From NCBI GenBank assembly GCA_002292015.1, contig DBBD01000054.1:1-40564 (forward strand): a DNA stretch of 40,564 bases. The letters run 5' to 3'. Positions 28,027 to 38,432 of this stretch are shown here, one piece after another. The DNA is from Firmicutes bacterium UBA993. GTDB lineage: Bacteria; Bacillota; Dethiobacteria; DTU022. Within the stretch, counting starts at the first letter, position 1, and every line of letters starts with the position of its first letter. The position numbers and the translations under genes are program-made. The notes beneath the pieces are model-generated. The model was given only the letters and a program-made list of their open reading frames with translations. It was not told the DNA's origin and ran no database searches.

Positions 28027-28992
28027 TTAGAGCTGTAGTTCTACAACATCTCCATCATCGAGAACATAATCGCGCGAAACCGCCTGACCTTCAAATTTGG
28101 TAGATCCCCAAACAAGTGCGCTTTTAAGCTTCTGTGGAAAATCTTTATGAATCTGGGCGGCAAAATCAAGAATGGTGCTACCCTTCCTTAAGATGAACGG
28201 GCGATCCATATCAGCTGGTTTTCCGGCCGGTTTGCCGTAAATCCGATTGATGTTTAATATTTGGTAAAGCCTTTCTTTGAGGTCCTCCAAGCCACTGCCA
28301 TTGCTCGATACCGGAATGATTTCCAGGTCCGGCCACAACTCATTTAAGACCTGCAGATTTTCCTCCGCTTCCCGGTGATCACACTTATTGCCTAAAACAA
28401 GAAAGGGAATTGGAGCAATGATCGTTCCTTCTTCCGACAAATCGATCACCTCGCGATCCTGAAGTGCCTGCATCAGCCCTTCGAGCTGGTCGAGACATTC
28501 GGACGTAAGCAGATCAATAATTATCAATAAAGCATCAGCTTCTTTGAAAGTACCGATCAGGCCGGAGGGAATGTTGTCAACAGAAAGAGGCGGAGTATCA
28601 ACCAGCTGGATAAACGTATCTTTGTAGGGCATCATTCCGCTAACCGGCAAAGCAGTCGAAAAGGGATAATCTGCCACCTTTACCTTTGCCCTCGAAAGAG
28701 CCCCTACCAAGGAAGATTTACCGCTATTGGGGTAACCGGCAAGCACTAGCTGACCGGCACCCTGTTTCTCAACACCAAAAGGATTAAAACCCTTTCCCGG
28801 TTTCTTCTTTTTCCCCTCTTCCCTGTACTTGGCGATGCGCTTCTTGATATCGCCCTGCAACCGTTCCGTGCCTTTATGTTTGGGGATAACAGCCAGCATT
28901 TCCTGCAGGGTTTTAATTTTATCTTCAGTAGATTGCGCCTGGCGGTATTTGTCTTCAGCGGCATAATACTGAGGAGTCAGATTGGCAGGCAA
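28027..28992 (-). CDS. DRG/Rbg-like (OBG family) GTPase with TGS domain
   Basis: PANLTPQY, PKHKGTE, GYPNSGKS, YPFST, DTPP, NKCD, L.DGDVVE; TTG 28992 with GGGAGG RBS (ORF-track extension overlaps tRNA-Val). Confidence 0.88.
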   Translation of the reverse strand: MPANLTPQYYAAEDKYRQAQSTEDKIKTLQEMLAVIPKHKGTERLQGDIKKRIAKYREEGKKKKPGKGFNPFGVEKQGAGQLVLAGYPNSGKSSLVGALSRAKVKVADYPFSTALPVSGMMPYKDTFIQLVDTPPLSVDNIPSGLIGTFKEADALLIIIDLLTSECLDQLEGLMQALQDREVIDLSEEGTIIAPIPFLVLGNKCDHREAEENLQVLNELWPDLEIIPVSSNGSGLEDLKERLYQILNINRIYGKPAGKPADMDRPFILRKGSTILDFAAQIHKDFPQKLKSALVWGSTKFEGQAVSRDYVLDDGDVVELQL

Positions 28993-29076
28993 GCAAGTCC
29001 CTCCCTGCTTCAATGTTTTCAATTTCATAGTAGCACAAAAAAGATTATTTTTATAGACTGACAAAGTTCCGTTTTC

Positions 29077-29106
29077 TTGACATTTTCGCCCTGCTAATGC
29101 TAAAAT
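29077..29106 (+). promoter_or_regulatory. SigmaA promoter of tRNA-Val
   Basis: TTGACA-18 bp-TAAAAT with extended TGn. Confidence 0.65.
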
Positions 29107-29126
29107 GCTACAGCGGTCGTAGATGT

Positions 29127-29201
29127 GCGCCTGTAGCTCAGGGGGAGAGCGCCTGCTTGACACGCAGGAGGCCCGTGGTTCAAAACCACGCAGGCGCACC
29201 A
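29127..29201 (+). tRNA. tRNA-Val(GAC)
   Basis: Acceptor stem GCGCCTG/CAGGCGC-A-CCA; anticodon stem CCTGC/GCAGG with loop TTGACAC; GGTTCAAA T-loop. Confidence 0.96.
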
Positions 29202-29289
29202 AAAACCGGGAGAAATCCCAGTTCTTCTGTATAGTAAACCCTGGAAGATCTTTCGCAGTTCACCCGGTTGATCGATAACCGGCTGTGGT

Positions 29290-30477
29290 TTAATGATCAA
29301 AGCTTTGATCTTCGATAAAGTCGCGGATGGCAACCAAACGGTTTTCCTTGTAGTAAAAGCGTGGGACTCGCTTACCTATCGCACAAAGAAGCTCGTAGTT
29401 AATTGTACCGACCCGTGCCGCCATTTCCTCGACTGAAACCTGCTCCGTGCCCTGCTTACCGTATAGAACCACCTCATCGCCACGCTTAACACCTGGAACA
29501 TGGGTAACGTTAACCATCAGGTGATCCATGCAAACCCTACCCACAACGGGAGCTCGACACCCGCGGATTAGCACCTCCCCCTTATTTGAAAGCAAGCGAC
29601 TGTAGCCATCGGCGTAACCAATCGGGACAGTGGCAATTAACTCAACAGATGAAGTTTTGTAGGTGCAGCCGTAGCTAATACAGCTGCCCGGGGGCAAATT
29701 TTTAACCATTACCACCCTACTCTTGAAAGTGAGGGCAGGCTTTAAAGCGATGCCGCATTTACTGAGGGCGGGGGCCGGGTAATACCCGTAGAGAGCAAGA
29801 CCAAGTCGAACCAAGTCATAGTGAGCACCCGAATTATTAAGCGCCGCAGCGCTGTTGGCAACGTGGATCAGGGGCAAGCTGATATTTTTAGCTTTCAAGG
29901 TTTCAATAATAAGTTTGAATTTGTTCAGCTGTTCTTCGGTGTAAGACTGATCCTCATCTTCGGCTGAAGCAAGGTGGGTAAAAACCCCCTTGATTCGTAA
30001 AGCGGATAGTCCCGCAATCTGTTCTGTTACCACTGCCGCCTCTTCCGGCAGAAGGCCGACGCGTCCCATCCCGGTATCAACTTCTAAATGCAGGGGAAAA
30101 GCAACTCCCGCAGCAAGAGCCTGCGTTGAAAAATCAGTGGCAGCAGGAAGATCAAAAACAGTTGGGGTAAGCTTATATTGCAGCAAGTTGGCAAACTGTA
30201 CCGGATCGGTATAACCTAACAGTAATATCGGCGCATCGATACCGGCCTGCCTCAGGCAGATACCCTCTTCGACAAAAGTAACAGCTAAGCTTTCTGCACC
30301 GGCAGCAAGCGCAGCTTTACCGATCATCACAGCACCATGACCGTAACCATCGGCCTTGACAACCGCCATGATTTTGGTTTTGGGAGCCATCATCCTCCTG
30401 AACTGACCGACATTATATGCAATGTGATCCAGGTTAATGTCAACCCAGGCCGGTCGGGCCGAATATACTGAGTACAT
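29290..30477 (-). CDS. alr: Alanine racemase
   Basis: AVVKADGYGHG, DTGMGRVG, ANSAA, GYADG, GRVCMD, GTINYE. Confidence 0.96.
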   Translation of the reverse strand: MYSVYSARPAWVDINLDHIAYNVGQFRRMMAPKTKIMAVVKADGYGHGAVMIGKAALAAGAESLAVTFVEEGICLRQAGIDAPILLLGYTDPVQFANLLQYKLTPTVFDLPAATDFSTQALAAGVAFPLHLEVDTGMGRVGLLPEEAAVVTEQIAGLSALRIKGVFTHLASAEDEDQSYTEEQLNKFKLIIETLKAKNISLPLIHVANSAAALNNSGAHYDLVRLGLALYGYYPAPALSKCGIALKPALTFKSRVVMVKNLPPGSCISYGCTYKTSSVELIATVPIGYADGYSRLLSNKGEVLIRGCRAPVVGRVCMDHLMVNVTHVPGVKRGDEVVLYGKQGTEQVSVEEMAARVGTINYELLCAIGKRVPRFYYKENRLVAIRDFIEDQSFDH

Positions 30478-30492
30478 TTTTCCCCCTCAAGT

Positions 30493-31782
30493 CTAGATCA
30501 TCAAACGGATGGTACTTGGATTTGGCCTGATCATTTCCAGATTCATGACCTGGTCAACTGCCGTACGAAAAGCAGCTTCGCGGACAAGGTGAGTAACCAG
30601 AACTATTTCTGCCAGGTCTCCAACCCTGCGTTTTTGAATAACCATATCCAGGCTGACCTGGTTGTCACCAAATACTTTCGAGAAAGCTGCTAGCACCCCC
30701 GGTCGATCTTCCGCCAGAAAACGCAAATAAAAGCTGCTGCTCAAGTCTTCAACTGGCACATATAAAGTGCCGGTGGTTTTTTTTTCAACACCGTTGCAAA
30801 CTACATAGCCTTCTTTGCAACGGGCTGCTTCCACCACATCAGCCATTACAGCCGTGGAAGTGGGGGCTCCGCCTGCTCCCCGACCATAGAACATAACTTC
30901 GCCAACTAATTCACCTTCAATAAACACAGCGTTAAATTCATTATTGACCGAAGCCAGGGGGTGATTTTGCGAAATCATCGTCGGGTGTACCCGGAGGGCT
31001 ATGCCTGCGGGCAGTTTTTCGCCAATAGCCAGCAATTTAATGACACACCCGATTTCGCGAGCATAATTGATGTCCCCAACAGTAATACCGGTTATCCCTT
31101 CTACGTAAACCTGTGCCGGATCAATCGAGCAACCGAAGGCCAAGCCGGCCATGATCATCAGTTTATACGATGCATCGCGTCCTTCAATGTCACTGGAAGG
31201 ATCTGCTTCAGCAAAACCCTTTTCCCTGGCCTGGGCCAGGGCAGCATTAAATTCAAGACCTTCACAGCTCATGCGGGTTAAGATGTAGTTGGTAGTACCG
31301 TTGAGAATCCCAACCACCCTATTTAAACGGTCAGCAACCAGGCTGTGCTTTAGCGGACGAATCAGGGGAATGCCTCCGCCGACGCTGGCCTCATAGTAAA
31401 TATTAAGATTCCTTGAGCGGGCCAATTCCAGCAACTCATCACCGTGAGTGGCAATCAAATCTTTATTCGCGGTAACCACATACTTGCCGTTTTCAAGCGC
31501 CTCCCTAATCAGAGATCTGGCGGGTTCAAGGCCACCAATCAGCTCAATCACAATATCGATATTCGGGTCTTTTACCAGTTCAAAAGCACTGGTCAGCATC
31601 TTCTCTGCCGGTATTTTTAAGCTTTTCAATTTTTCCGGATCACGCTCGGCTACCCGTTCTAAGACCAGCTGCAGATCATTTTTTTCATTGATCATATCGA
31701 GGTTGCTTTCGAACAACTCAACTACTCTGCTACCGATGGTTCCCAGGCCAAGCAGGCCAACCTTTACCGCTTGTTTCCCCAT
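30493..31782 (-). CDS. hom: Homoserine dehydrogenase with ACT domain
   Basis: GLGTIG, VVTANK, YEASVGGGIP, NGTTNYIL, GRGAG..PT. Confidence 0.95.
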   Translation of the reverse strand: MGKQAVKVGLLGLGTIGSRVVELFESNLDMINEKNDLQLVLERVAERDPEKLKSLKIPAEKMLTSAFELVKDPNIDIVIELIGGLEPARSLIREALENGKYVVTANKDLIATHGDELLELARSRNLNIYYEASVGGGIPLIRPLKHSLVADRLNRVVGILNGTTNYILTRMSCEGLEFNAALAQAREKGFAEADPSSDIEGRDASYKLMIMAGLAFGCSIDPAQVYVEGITGITVGDINYAREIGCVIKLLAIGEKLPAGIALRVHPTMISQNHPLASVNNEFNAVFIEGELVGEVMFYGRGAGGAPTSTAVMADVVEAARCKEGYVVCNGVEKKTTGTLYVPVEDLSSSFYLRFLAEDRPGVLAAFSKVFGDNQVSLDMVIQKRRVGDLAEIVLVTHLVREAAFRTAVDQVMNLEMIRPNPSTIRLMI

Positions 31783-31817
31783 TTAACACCAGGCTCCTTT
31801 ATTACTTCAATTATTGC

Positions 31818-33056
31818 TTATTCGTAGATTTTTTCATCAACCTGATCTGCTTCCGCGGCGTCGAACTCAATATCCCGGGCCCTAAAGCCTTCTTCGGCTA
31901 GCTCTTTATAGTACTCATGCTGAATGATCAGATCCATGATTTCGTTGGTACCCGTCCAGATCATGATCAGGCGGACATCCCTGAGCATTTTTTCAATCGG
32001 ATAAACATTAGTATAACCGATGCCACCCATAATTTGCATAGCATTATTAACAATTTTCCAGGCATTCTCAGTGGAAACCTTCTTTGCTTCTGACACGAGG
32101 CGGCGGGAACGCCCAGCCTTATCACCGGCGTCCACCGCACTGGCGGCAAGATAGACGATGCCGCGAGCGGTGTCAAGCAGAGTAATGCTATCGGCCACTT
32201 TAAAACTGACGGCTTGAAAGTTTTTTATCTCGGTGCTAAAAGCTTTGCGTCGGGTGCTGTAACGGGCTGCAACCTCCAGAGCGGCACGGCCCATGCCAAG
32301 TGCCCCGCCGGCGCTAGTCATCCGTTCAGGGATCATCATCTGGTAAAAAATAGGCGTGCCACCGTTTTCCTCGCCCAGCAAATTTTCAGCCGGGACGGAC
32401 ACATCATGAAAAACAAGGCGGCCCGTTCCACCGCCCCGGGTGCCCATCAGGCCATAGAGATACTCCGCCTTTACCTCAGGGCTGCGATCGACAATAAAGG
32501 CGCTGATCGATTTATGCGGTGGGCCATCAGGATCAGTGCGGGCATAAACCATAAAATAGTCGGCGCCTTCCGAACCGACCACGAAGCGCTTCTGACCGTT
32601 TAAGATGTAGCGGTTGCCATCCTTTCTGGCAGTGCAGGTTGCGCCGAAAAAGTCGGAACCACCCCGTGGCTCGGTTAGCGCCTCCGCGGTAGTTAGTTTT
32701 CCTTCAATAGTCGGTTTAAGGTATTTTTCTTTCAGCTGTTCAGAACCAAACTTATTAATCGCCTCACCGACGATGCTGACCAGCGAGTAGAGACAGCCCA
32801 AAGAAGTACCGAGCACACCCACCTCTTCCAGAGCGATGACTTCAGTGGTCCAGGACAGACCCCTGCCCCCGTATTTTTCCGGGAAGCGCAAACCCAAGAG
32901 ATTGCGGGCTGCCGCCTTCTGCAAATATTCCCTGGGATAACGGATCTTGTCCTCATCCATATCCCTTAACAACTGTCTATCGACATCTTCTTTTACAAAG
33001 GCGCGCACTTCATCGCGCAGACTTTTTTGTTCAGCCGTCATCATACATTCGAGCAT
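31818..33056 (-). CDS. Acyl-CoA dehydrogenase
   Basis: [33 protein letters not shown]. Confidence 0.92.
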   Translation of the reverse strand: MLECMMTAEQKSLRDEVRAFVKEDVDRQLLRDMDEDKIRYPREYLQKAAARNLLGLRFPEKYGGRGLSWTTEVIALEEVGVLGTSLGCLYSLVSIVGEAINKFGSEQLKEKYLKPTIEGKLTTAEALTEPRGGSDFFGATCTARKDGNRYILNGQKRFVVGSEGADYFMVYARTDPDGPPHKSISAFIVDRSPEVKAEYLYGLMGTRGGGTGRLVFHDVSVPAENLLGEENGGTPIFYQMMIPERMTSAGGALGMGRAALEVAARYSTRRKAFSTEIKNFQAVSFKVADSITLLDTARGIVYLAASAVDAGDKAGRSRRLVSEAKKVSTENAWKIVNNAMQIMGGIGYTNVYPIEKMLRDVRLIMIWTGTNEIMDLIIQHEYYKELAEEGFRARDIEFDAAEADQVDEKIYE

Positions 33057-33079
33057 CTTGAAACCCCCTATAAATAGTA

Positions 33080-34660
33080 TTAAAGTGGCCGAAGCTTACA
33101 TAAAAACGGGTTACCGGGTAGTACCAAATCGGCAGTTTCAAGCAGCCGAAAGGCTTCTTCGTACTTAATTAGGATATCCCTGGCACTGTGTCCCCGCCCC
33201 GGTAGGAGCAAATCGCCGGCTATGCCGTGAATATACGCTCCAGCCATGGCCGCTTTTTCCGGGCTTATTCCCTGGGCAATAAATGAGACAATCAGGCCAG
33301 TCAACAGGTCACCTGAACCAGCTGTCGCCAGCGTCACGCTACCGGTAGGATTAATGGCTGCATCGCCATCTGGTGTAGTTATTACAGTATTTGCACCTTT
33401 TAGGATTATAATGCAATTCCAGTGGTTGGCATTCTGCAGTGCTATCTCTAGCCGACTGCTCTGAACCTGCTTGGCCGAAACGCCGGCCAGACGCGCCATT
33501 TCACCAGGGTGTGGTGTAATAACCGGAATAAACCTTGCGGTTCGCAGCATGTTTATACTCTGGCCCAGCGCTGTTAAGGCACCGGCATCAAGAACCAGTG
33601 GTACAGGACTGAGCTGAATCAGCCGGTTGATCAACTCGGCAGTTTCTGCACCGGTATCAAGACCCGGCCCAATCGCTAAAGCATCACATTCCCTGGCCCT
33701 GGCAATGATCAGATCGGCTGCATCAGGGCTGATAATACCCGGAGAACTCTCCGGAAGCGGAATAACAATCACTTCGACCAGTTTTGCTTCAAGCACCGGG
33801 CAAACCGACTCCGGCGCAGCAAGGAAAACCAGGCCCGAACCACCTCTCAGGGCCGACTCTGCTGCTAACACCGCCGCCCCGGACATCCCCGCCGAACCGG
33901 CAACGATCATCGTTCGGCCGAGACTCCCCTTGTGAGCATTACTAGGCCGTTCGGGCATTAAGCTGCGAATCAAAGACGGAGTTAGCAATTCTACCCTATC
34001 TTCTTCGGCCAGTTGCGCCGGCACATAGATTTCCCCAACAAATATTTCACCGGCCATGCTGGCCCCGGGCTGCAGCATTAATCCCAACTTAGGGAAGGCA
34101 AAGGTAATCGTCCAGCGGGCCCGAATAACATGACCCATAACTGCACCGTTGTCGGCATTGATACCTGAAGGCACATCAACTGCCAAAACCGGCAAGTTAC
34201 CGGCATTTACTGCTTCGATAATGTCGGCCAGCAAGCCTTCCACCTCACGGTTAACACCTGTTCCCAGAAGGGCGTCAACTAGCAAATCGGCAACATTTAA
34301 ATCCATACTAAACAGTCGGAGATCTTCTTTAGTGCTCAGACGCTGTATCGGAAATGCAGTTTTAAGCAAATATTTTTCAAATACTGCCGCTTCACCGCAG
34401 TAAGCACCGACGCAAACGCTGCTCCAGAGGGAAACCTTGTACCCAGCCAGGGAAAGCAAATGGGCAATCACCAGGCCGTCGCCGCCATTATTGCCCGGGC
34501 CGGCGATCACCACTACCTTTAAATGATCAGGCAGGCGGGCCCGGACAAACTCCACTACCCTGGTACCAGCCGCTTCCATTAATACTGCCCCCGGCAAACC
34601 ATATTCTTCGGAGGTCCGCCGATCATAAGCCTTCATTGTCTCGCTACTCAGGATTTTCAA
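33080..34660 (-). CDS. nnr: Bifunctional NAD(P)H-hydrate epimerase/dehydratase
   Basis: [44 protein letters not shown]. Confidence 0.93.
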   Translation of the reverse strand: MKILSSETMKAYDRRTSEEYGLPGAVLMEAAGTRVVEFVRARLPDHLKVVVIAGPGNNGGDGLVIAHLLSLAGYKVSLWSSVCVGAYCGEAAVFEKYLLKTAFPIQRLSTKEDLRLFSMDLNVADLLVDALLGTGVNREVEGLLADIIEAVNAGNLPVLAVDVPSGINADNGAVMGHVIRARWTITFAFPKLGLMLQPGASMAGEIFVGEIYVPAQLAEEDRVELLTPSLIRSLMPERPSNAHKGSLGRTMIVAGSAGMSGAAVLAAESALRGGSGLVFLAAPESVCPVLEAKLVEVIVIPLPESSPGIISPDAADLIIARARECDALAIGPGLDTGAETAELINRLIQLSPVPLVLDAGALTALGQSINMLRTARFIPVITPHPGEMARLAGVSAKQVQSSRLEIALQNANHWNCIIILKGANTVITTPDGDAAINPTGSVTLATAGSGDLLTGLIVSFIAQGISPEKAAMAGAYIHGIAGDLLLPGRGHSARDILIKYEEAFRLLETADLVLPGNPFLCKLRPL

Positions 34661-34884
34661 AGCAAGCCGCCCCCGTTCACAAAAATCAGGCTGAGTAGCT
34701 ATATTTCGATAGATATCTAAGTATATCCTCTAATGGTGTCATGTTTTAAGTCACCTGCTTTGTTTGGCAAAACAACCTATAAATCGGCACCAAGTGCGCG
34801 ATTTGCATTAGGCTTGCTTTTTCCCAGCTGTGGTGATAGTATCTTAATGTTTCAAAGCAAAGTAAGAAGGGAGGTTCAAAGGAT

Positions 34885-35154
34885 TTGCCAAACATCAAGT
34901 CGGCTGAAAAAAGGGTTAGACAAAACGTAAAACGCGAACTACGTAACCGACGGAATAAGAGCATGTTAAAAACATCAATCCGCCGTTTCGAAGAGTCTCT
35001 GCAAAGTGGCGACATGGAAGAGGCAAAGGTCAAGCTAAGTGCTGCTGTGCGTCAAATTGACAGGGCCGCCGCCAGGGGAGTCGTTCATAAAAATACAGCA
35101 GCACGCAAAAAGTCACGCCTGAGCAGGGTCCTAAATCAACGCCTGGCCGTTTAG
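34885..35154 (+). CDS. rpsT: 30S ribosomal protein S20
   Basis: PNIKSAEKR...HKNTAARKKSRL; TTG start with GGGAGG RBS. Confidence 0.97.
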   Translation: MPNIKSAEKRVRQNVKRELRNRRNKSMLKTSIRRFEESLQSGDMEEAKVKLSAAVRQIDRAAARGVVHKNTAARKKSRLSRVLNQRLAV

Positions 35155-35272
35155 TATTATAACTGAGGCCAGATCATCAGCAATTTAATCCAACAAGAGG
35201 GTAACCACGCCCATGCCGGGCGCGCGAGACAAACCGGTTTTTTAGAATTACCTGGAAAGCCGGTTTTTGCCG

Positions 35273-35812
35273 TTACAGTTTCCTAAGGCTGGGAACACCG
35301 TTGTCCAGCAGTATTTCTGCCAACCATACTCCAGCCTTTCCCACAACATCAGCACATTTTTGACTGTGGCCACCCAGCGCCTCATATTCGGCGTACTCAT
35401 CATTGTCAAGGAAGTGAAAGGCTTTACCAAAGAGGTGCTCTTGTACCGCACGGCAGGTATCCCCGCCGTATTCTTTGATTATGCACTCCCAGTAACGACG
35501 GACAAACGGTCCGGGACGGCGCAATAAGGCGATATTTGCACACTCTTCACGGGAACGACCGAAGAAATGGCTCAAAATAATCACACCGCCTGTCAGCGCC
35601 CCGCAGGGACCTTCTATCGATGACGCAAGACCGCCCGAAAAAGATGTAGCTGCCTTAAAGAGATTGTCCGGCACATGGAAAAAGCCCTGGATCGAAGCAA
35701 CTACACACTGAGCACAGCCATAGTAGCGCTGTTCCATTTCAAAACCACGTTGATAAACATCTCGTAGCAGTTTTTTACGATCGAGCTCTGGTTTGTTTGT
35801 CACATACGACAC
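35273..35812 (-). CDS. C_GCAxxG_C_C family putative redox protein
   Basis: YYGCAQCV, SFSGG, GPCGALTGG, TCR, KC motifs. Confidence 0.85.
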   Translation of the reverse strand: MSYVTNKPELDRKKLLRDVYQRGFEMEQRYYGCAQCVVASIQGFFHVPDNLFKAATSFSGGLASSIEGPCGALTGGVIILSHFFGRSREECANIALLRRPGPFVRRYWECIIKEYGGDTCRAVQEHLFGKAFHFLDNDEYAEYEALGGHSQKCADVVGKAGVWLAEILLDNGVPSLRKL

Positions 35813-35817
35813 TCCTT

Positions 35818-36900
35818 TCAGGATGCCTTATTTTGCCAGTAATCAATGCGGCTTAAGACAACTCGCAGGGCCTGCACCGGGTCAAGAATACCGGTTTTGA
35901 TCTGTAAATCTGTCTGTTGCAGACCAATATAGATATCTTCAAGAGCTCGGCGATCAAACAATGCGGATTGATCTTTTAGTTTTCGGACCACAAAAGGGTG
36001 CACTCCCAGAATAGCGGTGATTTCGGTCAGCGGCAAACCCTCTTCAACGAGACAGCGTGCCTGCAAGAGGAGGCGATAATGCCTGACTAGCATAAAAAAT
36101 ATAGGTAGCGGCTTTTCTCTCCTCGCCAGTAACCTTTCGAGTAGCGACTGAGCCCGGTCATGGTCTTTTTCGGCTAGGGCATCCGCCAGTTTAAAAACAG
36201 TGCTCTCGAGACCACCGGCAAAAAGAAGGTCCACTGTACTCTCTGTGATAATTTTTTCTTTGTCCCCCAGGTAAGTGGCGTACTTCGCCAGTTCACTGGA
36301 AATATTATGCAAGCTCTGGTTATCGGCCATCAACAACCGGCCGACTGCAGATCGATCAATCTTTTTGCCAAGGGATGCTGCCTGACGGTTAATCCAGCTT
36401 ATCAATTCATCCCCCTTAAGCACCGCACATTCAACGGCTGCTCCTACTTTATCGATTGTCTTAAAGATTTTTTTACGCCGGTCGACCCCCGGAACCCGAA
36501 AGACAATGATCGTATCGGGCCGTTCAGACCCTAAACTTTCTATATAGGCAGACAATATCTCGACGCCGGCGTTTTCCAGCTCCTGCCGGTTTTCACTGAC
36601 CTCTTCGTTCTGCGGAACGCCAGGTTGACGGGGGGGGGCCAGGCACGGTGGATTGTCAACAATCAACAGCCGCCGCTCGCTAAAGAGACTGCTTTCTGCT
36701 GCCCTGCTGATCACCGAAGGCAAATCATGGATTTTTCCGTCGATTTTTTCACAGCCCAGATCAGAGTCCTGACCAAGATAATGTTTCTGAAGCAAACTAA
36801 TCAACTCTTCCTGCAGATAGCTCTCCTCCCCAAACAATAAATAGAGTGGGACAAACTCACCAGCTTCGATTGCACGCTTCGCAGCTTGGTAGGATTGCAT
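35818..36900 (-). CDS. holA: DNA polymerase III delta subunit
   Basis: PLYLLFGEESYL, SLFSERRL, VFKLAD, GVHPFV, DLQIKTG; near rpsT. Confidence 0.9.
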   Translation of the reverse strand: MQSYQAAKRAIEAGEFVPLYLLFGEESYLQEELISLLQKHYLGQDSDLGCEKIDGKIHDLPSVISRAAESSLFSERRLLIVDNPPCLAPPRQPGVPQNEEVSENRQELENAGVEILSAYIESLGSERPDTIIVFRVPGVDRRKKIFKTIDKVGAAVECAVLKGDELISWINRQAASLGKKIDRSAVGRLLMADNQSLHNISSELAKYATYLGDKEKIITESTVDLLFAGGLESTVFKLADALAEKDHDRAQSLLERLLARREKPLPIFFMLVRHYRLLLQARCLVEEGLPLTEITAILGVHPFVVRKLKDQSALFDRRALEDIYIGLQQTDLQIKTGILDPVQALRVVLSRIDYWQNKAS

Positions 36901-38382
36901 CTAATCGTTCTCCCTTAAAGCCTTGAGCCAGATATTTCTCGATTCCGGCAGGAAGATAATCAATACAGTAAAAACCTCAAGGCGTCCGATGATCATCATC
37001 ACCGAAAGCAGTATTTTACCAAGTGGCGGAATAACCTGGTAAGTATGCATCGGCCCCACTGCAGCCAGACCCGGCCCGACATTACCAATCGTTGCAGCCA
37101 CTGCAGAAAGAGCGGTCTCCAGATCGAGCCCCATAAAGGCAAGGGCCAAAGCTGCCAGAGCGGTTAGTAAAACGTAAAAAAACCCAAAAGCCATTACCGG
37201 CCTTAGGATCTCTTCACTTACGTTATGCTCGCCGAGCTTTACCGACGATATGGCCGAGGGATGAACGAGGCGGTAAAGCTCACGGAAGGAATAGCGGATC
37301 ATTAGCATCCAGCGCACCTGTTTGACCGATCCCCCTGTGGATCCGCCGCAGGCACCAACAAACATCATCGCTAATAGAAAAAAACGGGCAAAATGAGGCC
37401 AGGCATCAAAATTGGCCGTGGCAAAACCGGTGGTGGTGATAATGGAAACCACCTGAAAAGCACTCTGACGCAATAAGAGCAAAAACTCACCGTCAGTCCG
37501 CATATAAAGGTTGAAAGTGACCAACAATATGGCTACACCAGTTATCAGCAGGTAGAAACGCAACTCCGGGTCTCTGGTAATTTTAAAATCGCCCCTAAAG
37601 AGGCGGAAAAGCAAAACAAAGTTAATTCCGGCAAATAACATGAAAATGATGATTACAATTTCTGCCGCCGGGTTATTGAAGGCCGCAATACTGGCGTTAT
37701 AGGTAGAAAAGCCACCAGTGGGCATAGTAGTCAGGGCATGGGCCAGGGAGTCAAAAAAACTGATACCGCAGATCATCAGTAAAATGATCTGAGCGACGGT
37801 GAGCGATACATAAATGAGCCAAAGGCGACGGGCTGTCTCCACAACTCTCGGCACCACGCGCTCGGCAATCGGACCAGGAATCTCGGCTTTAAACATAGTC
37901 ATACTGCGAAAGCCAAAGCGCGGCAAGATAGCCAAAAATAGAACTATAATCCCCATGCCGCCCAACCACTGGGTAAAAGCGCGCCATAATAAAAGACCTC
38001 TGGGCAGCGATTCAACATCGGCAATCAAGGTCGCCCCAGTAGTAGTAAAACCAGAGACAGATTCAAAAAAAGCATCGATAAAGCTGCCATTAAATACTCC
38101 ATAAAAATGAAAGGGCAACGCCCCGAAAACGCCGGCAATAAACCAGGCCAGGGCGACGAGGGTAAAATTTTCAGCAATGCTCAGTTCTCTGCTTTTTGAC
38201 TTGGAAAAATACCAAGAAAAAAAGCCCCCGAAACTGGCGGTAGTGAGGATAGCCTTGATGAAAGCCAGCCGGTCCGTAGTCTGGGCGATAAAAGACCAGA
38301 GCGCCGGAATAATCATGGATAGCGAGAGAAATAACAGCAGTATACCGATCAGGTAAAACAGGCGAAAATGTCTCACCGGCAA
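36901..38382 (-). CDS. trkH: Trk potassium uptake membrane subunit
   Basis: FESVSGFTTTGA, QWLGGMG, TGGFS, GGSTGG, GNVGPG, GRLE. Confidence 0.95.
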   Translation of the reverse strand: MPVRHFRLFYLIGILLLFLSLSMIIPALWSFIAQTTDRLAFIKAILTTASFGGFFSWYFSKSKSRELSIAENFTLVALAWFIAGVFGALPFHFYGVFNGSFIDAFFESVSGFTTTGATLIADVESLPRGLLLWRAFTQWLGGMGIIVLFLAILPRFGFRSMTMFKAEIPGPIAERVVPRVVETARRLWLIYVSLTVAQIILLMICGISFFDSLAHALTTMPTGGFSTYNASIAAFNNPAAEIVIIIFMLFAGINFVLLFRLFRGDFKITRDPELRFYLLITGVAILLVTFNLYMRTDGEFLLLLRQSAFQVVSIITTTGFATANFDAWPHFARFFLLAMMFVGACGGSTGGSVKQVRWMLMIRYSFRELYRLVHPSAISSVKLGEHNVSEEILRPVMAFGFFYVLLTALAALALAFMGLDLETALSAVAATIGNVGPGLAAVGPMHTYQVIPPLGKILLSVMMIIGRLEVFTVLIIFLPESRNIWLKALREND

Positions 38383-38432
38383 TCCTCACCCCTAGGGTTA
38401 AGTGACTACTCCCATTAACATATCATCTTTGG

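Noticed and set aside
28993-29202. 70-aa N-terminal extension of the GTPase ORF
   Set aside because: It is the antisense of tRNA-Val and its promoter; an RBS supports the TTG at 28992.
29202-29290. Integrated element at tRNA-Val (or at tRNA-Arg)
   Set aside because: No integrase and no duplicated tRNA 3' end seen in the window.
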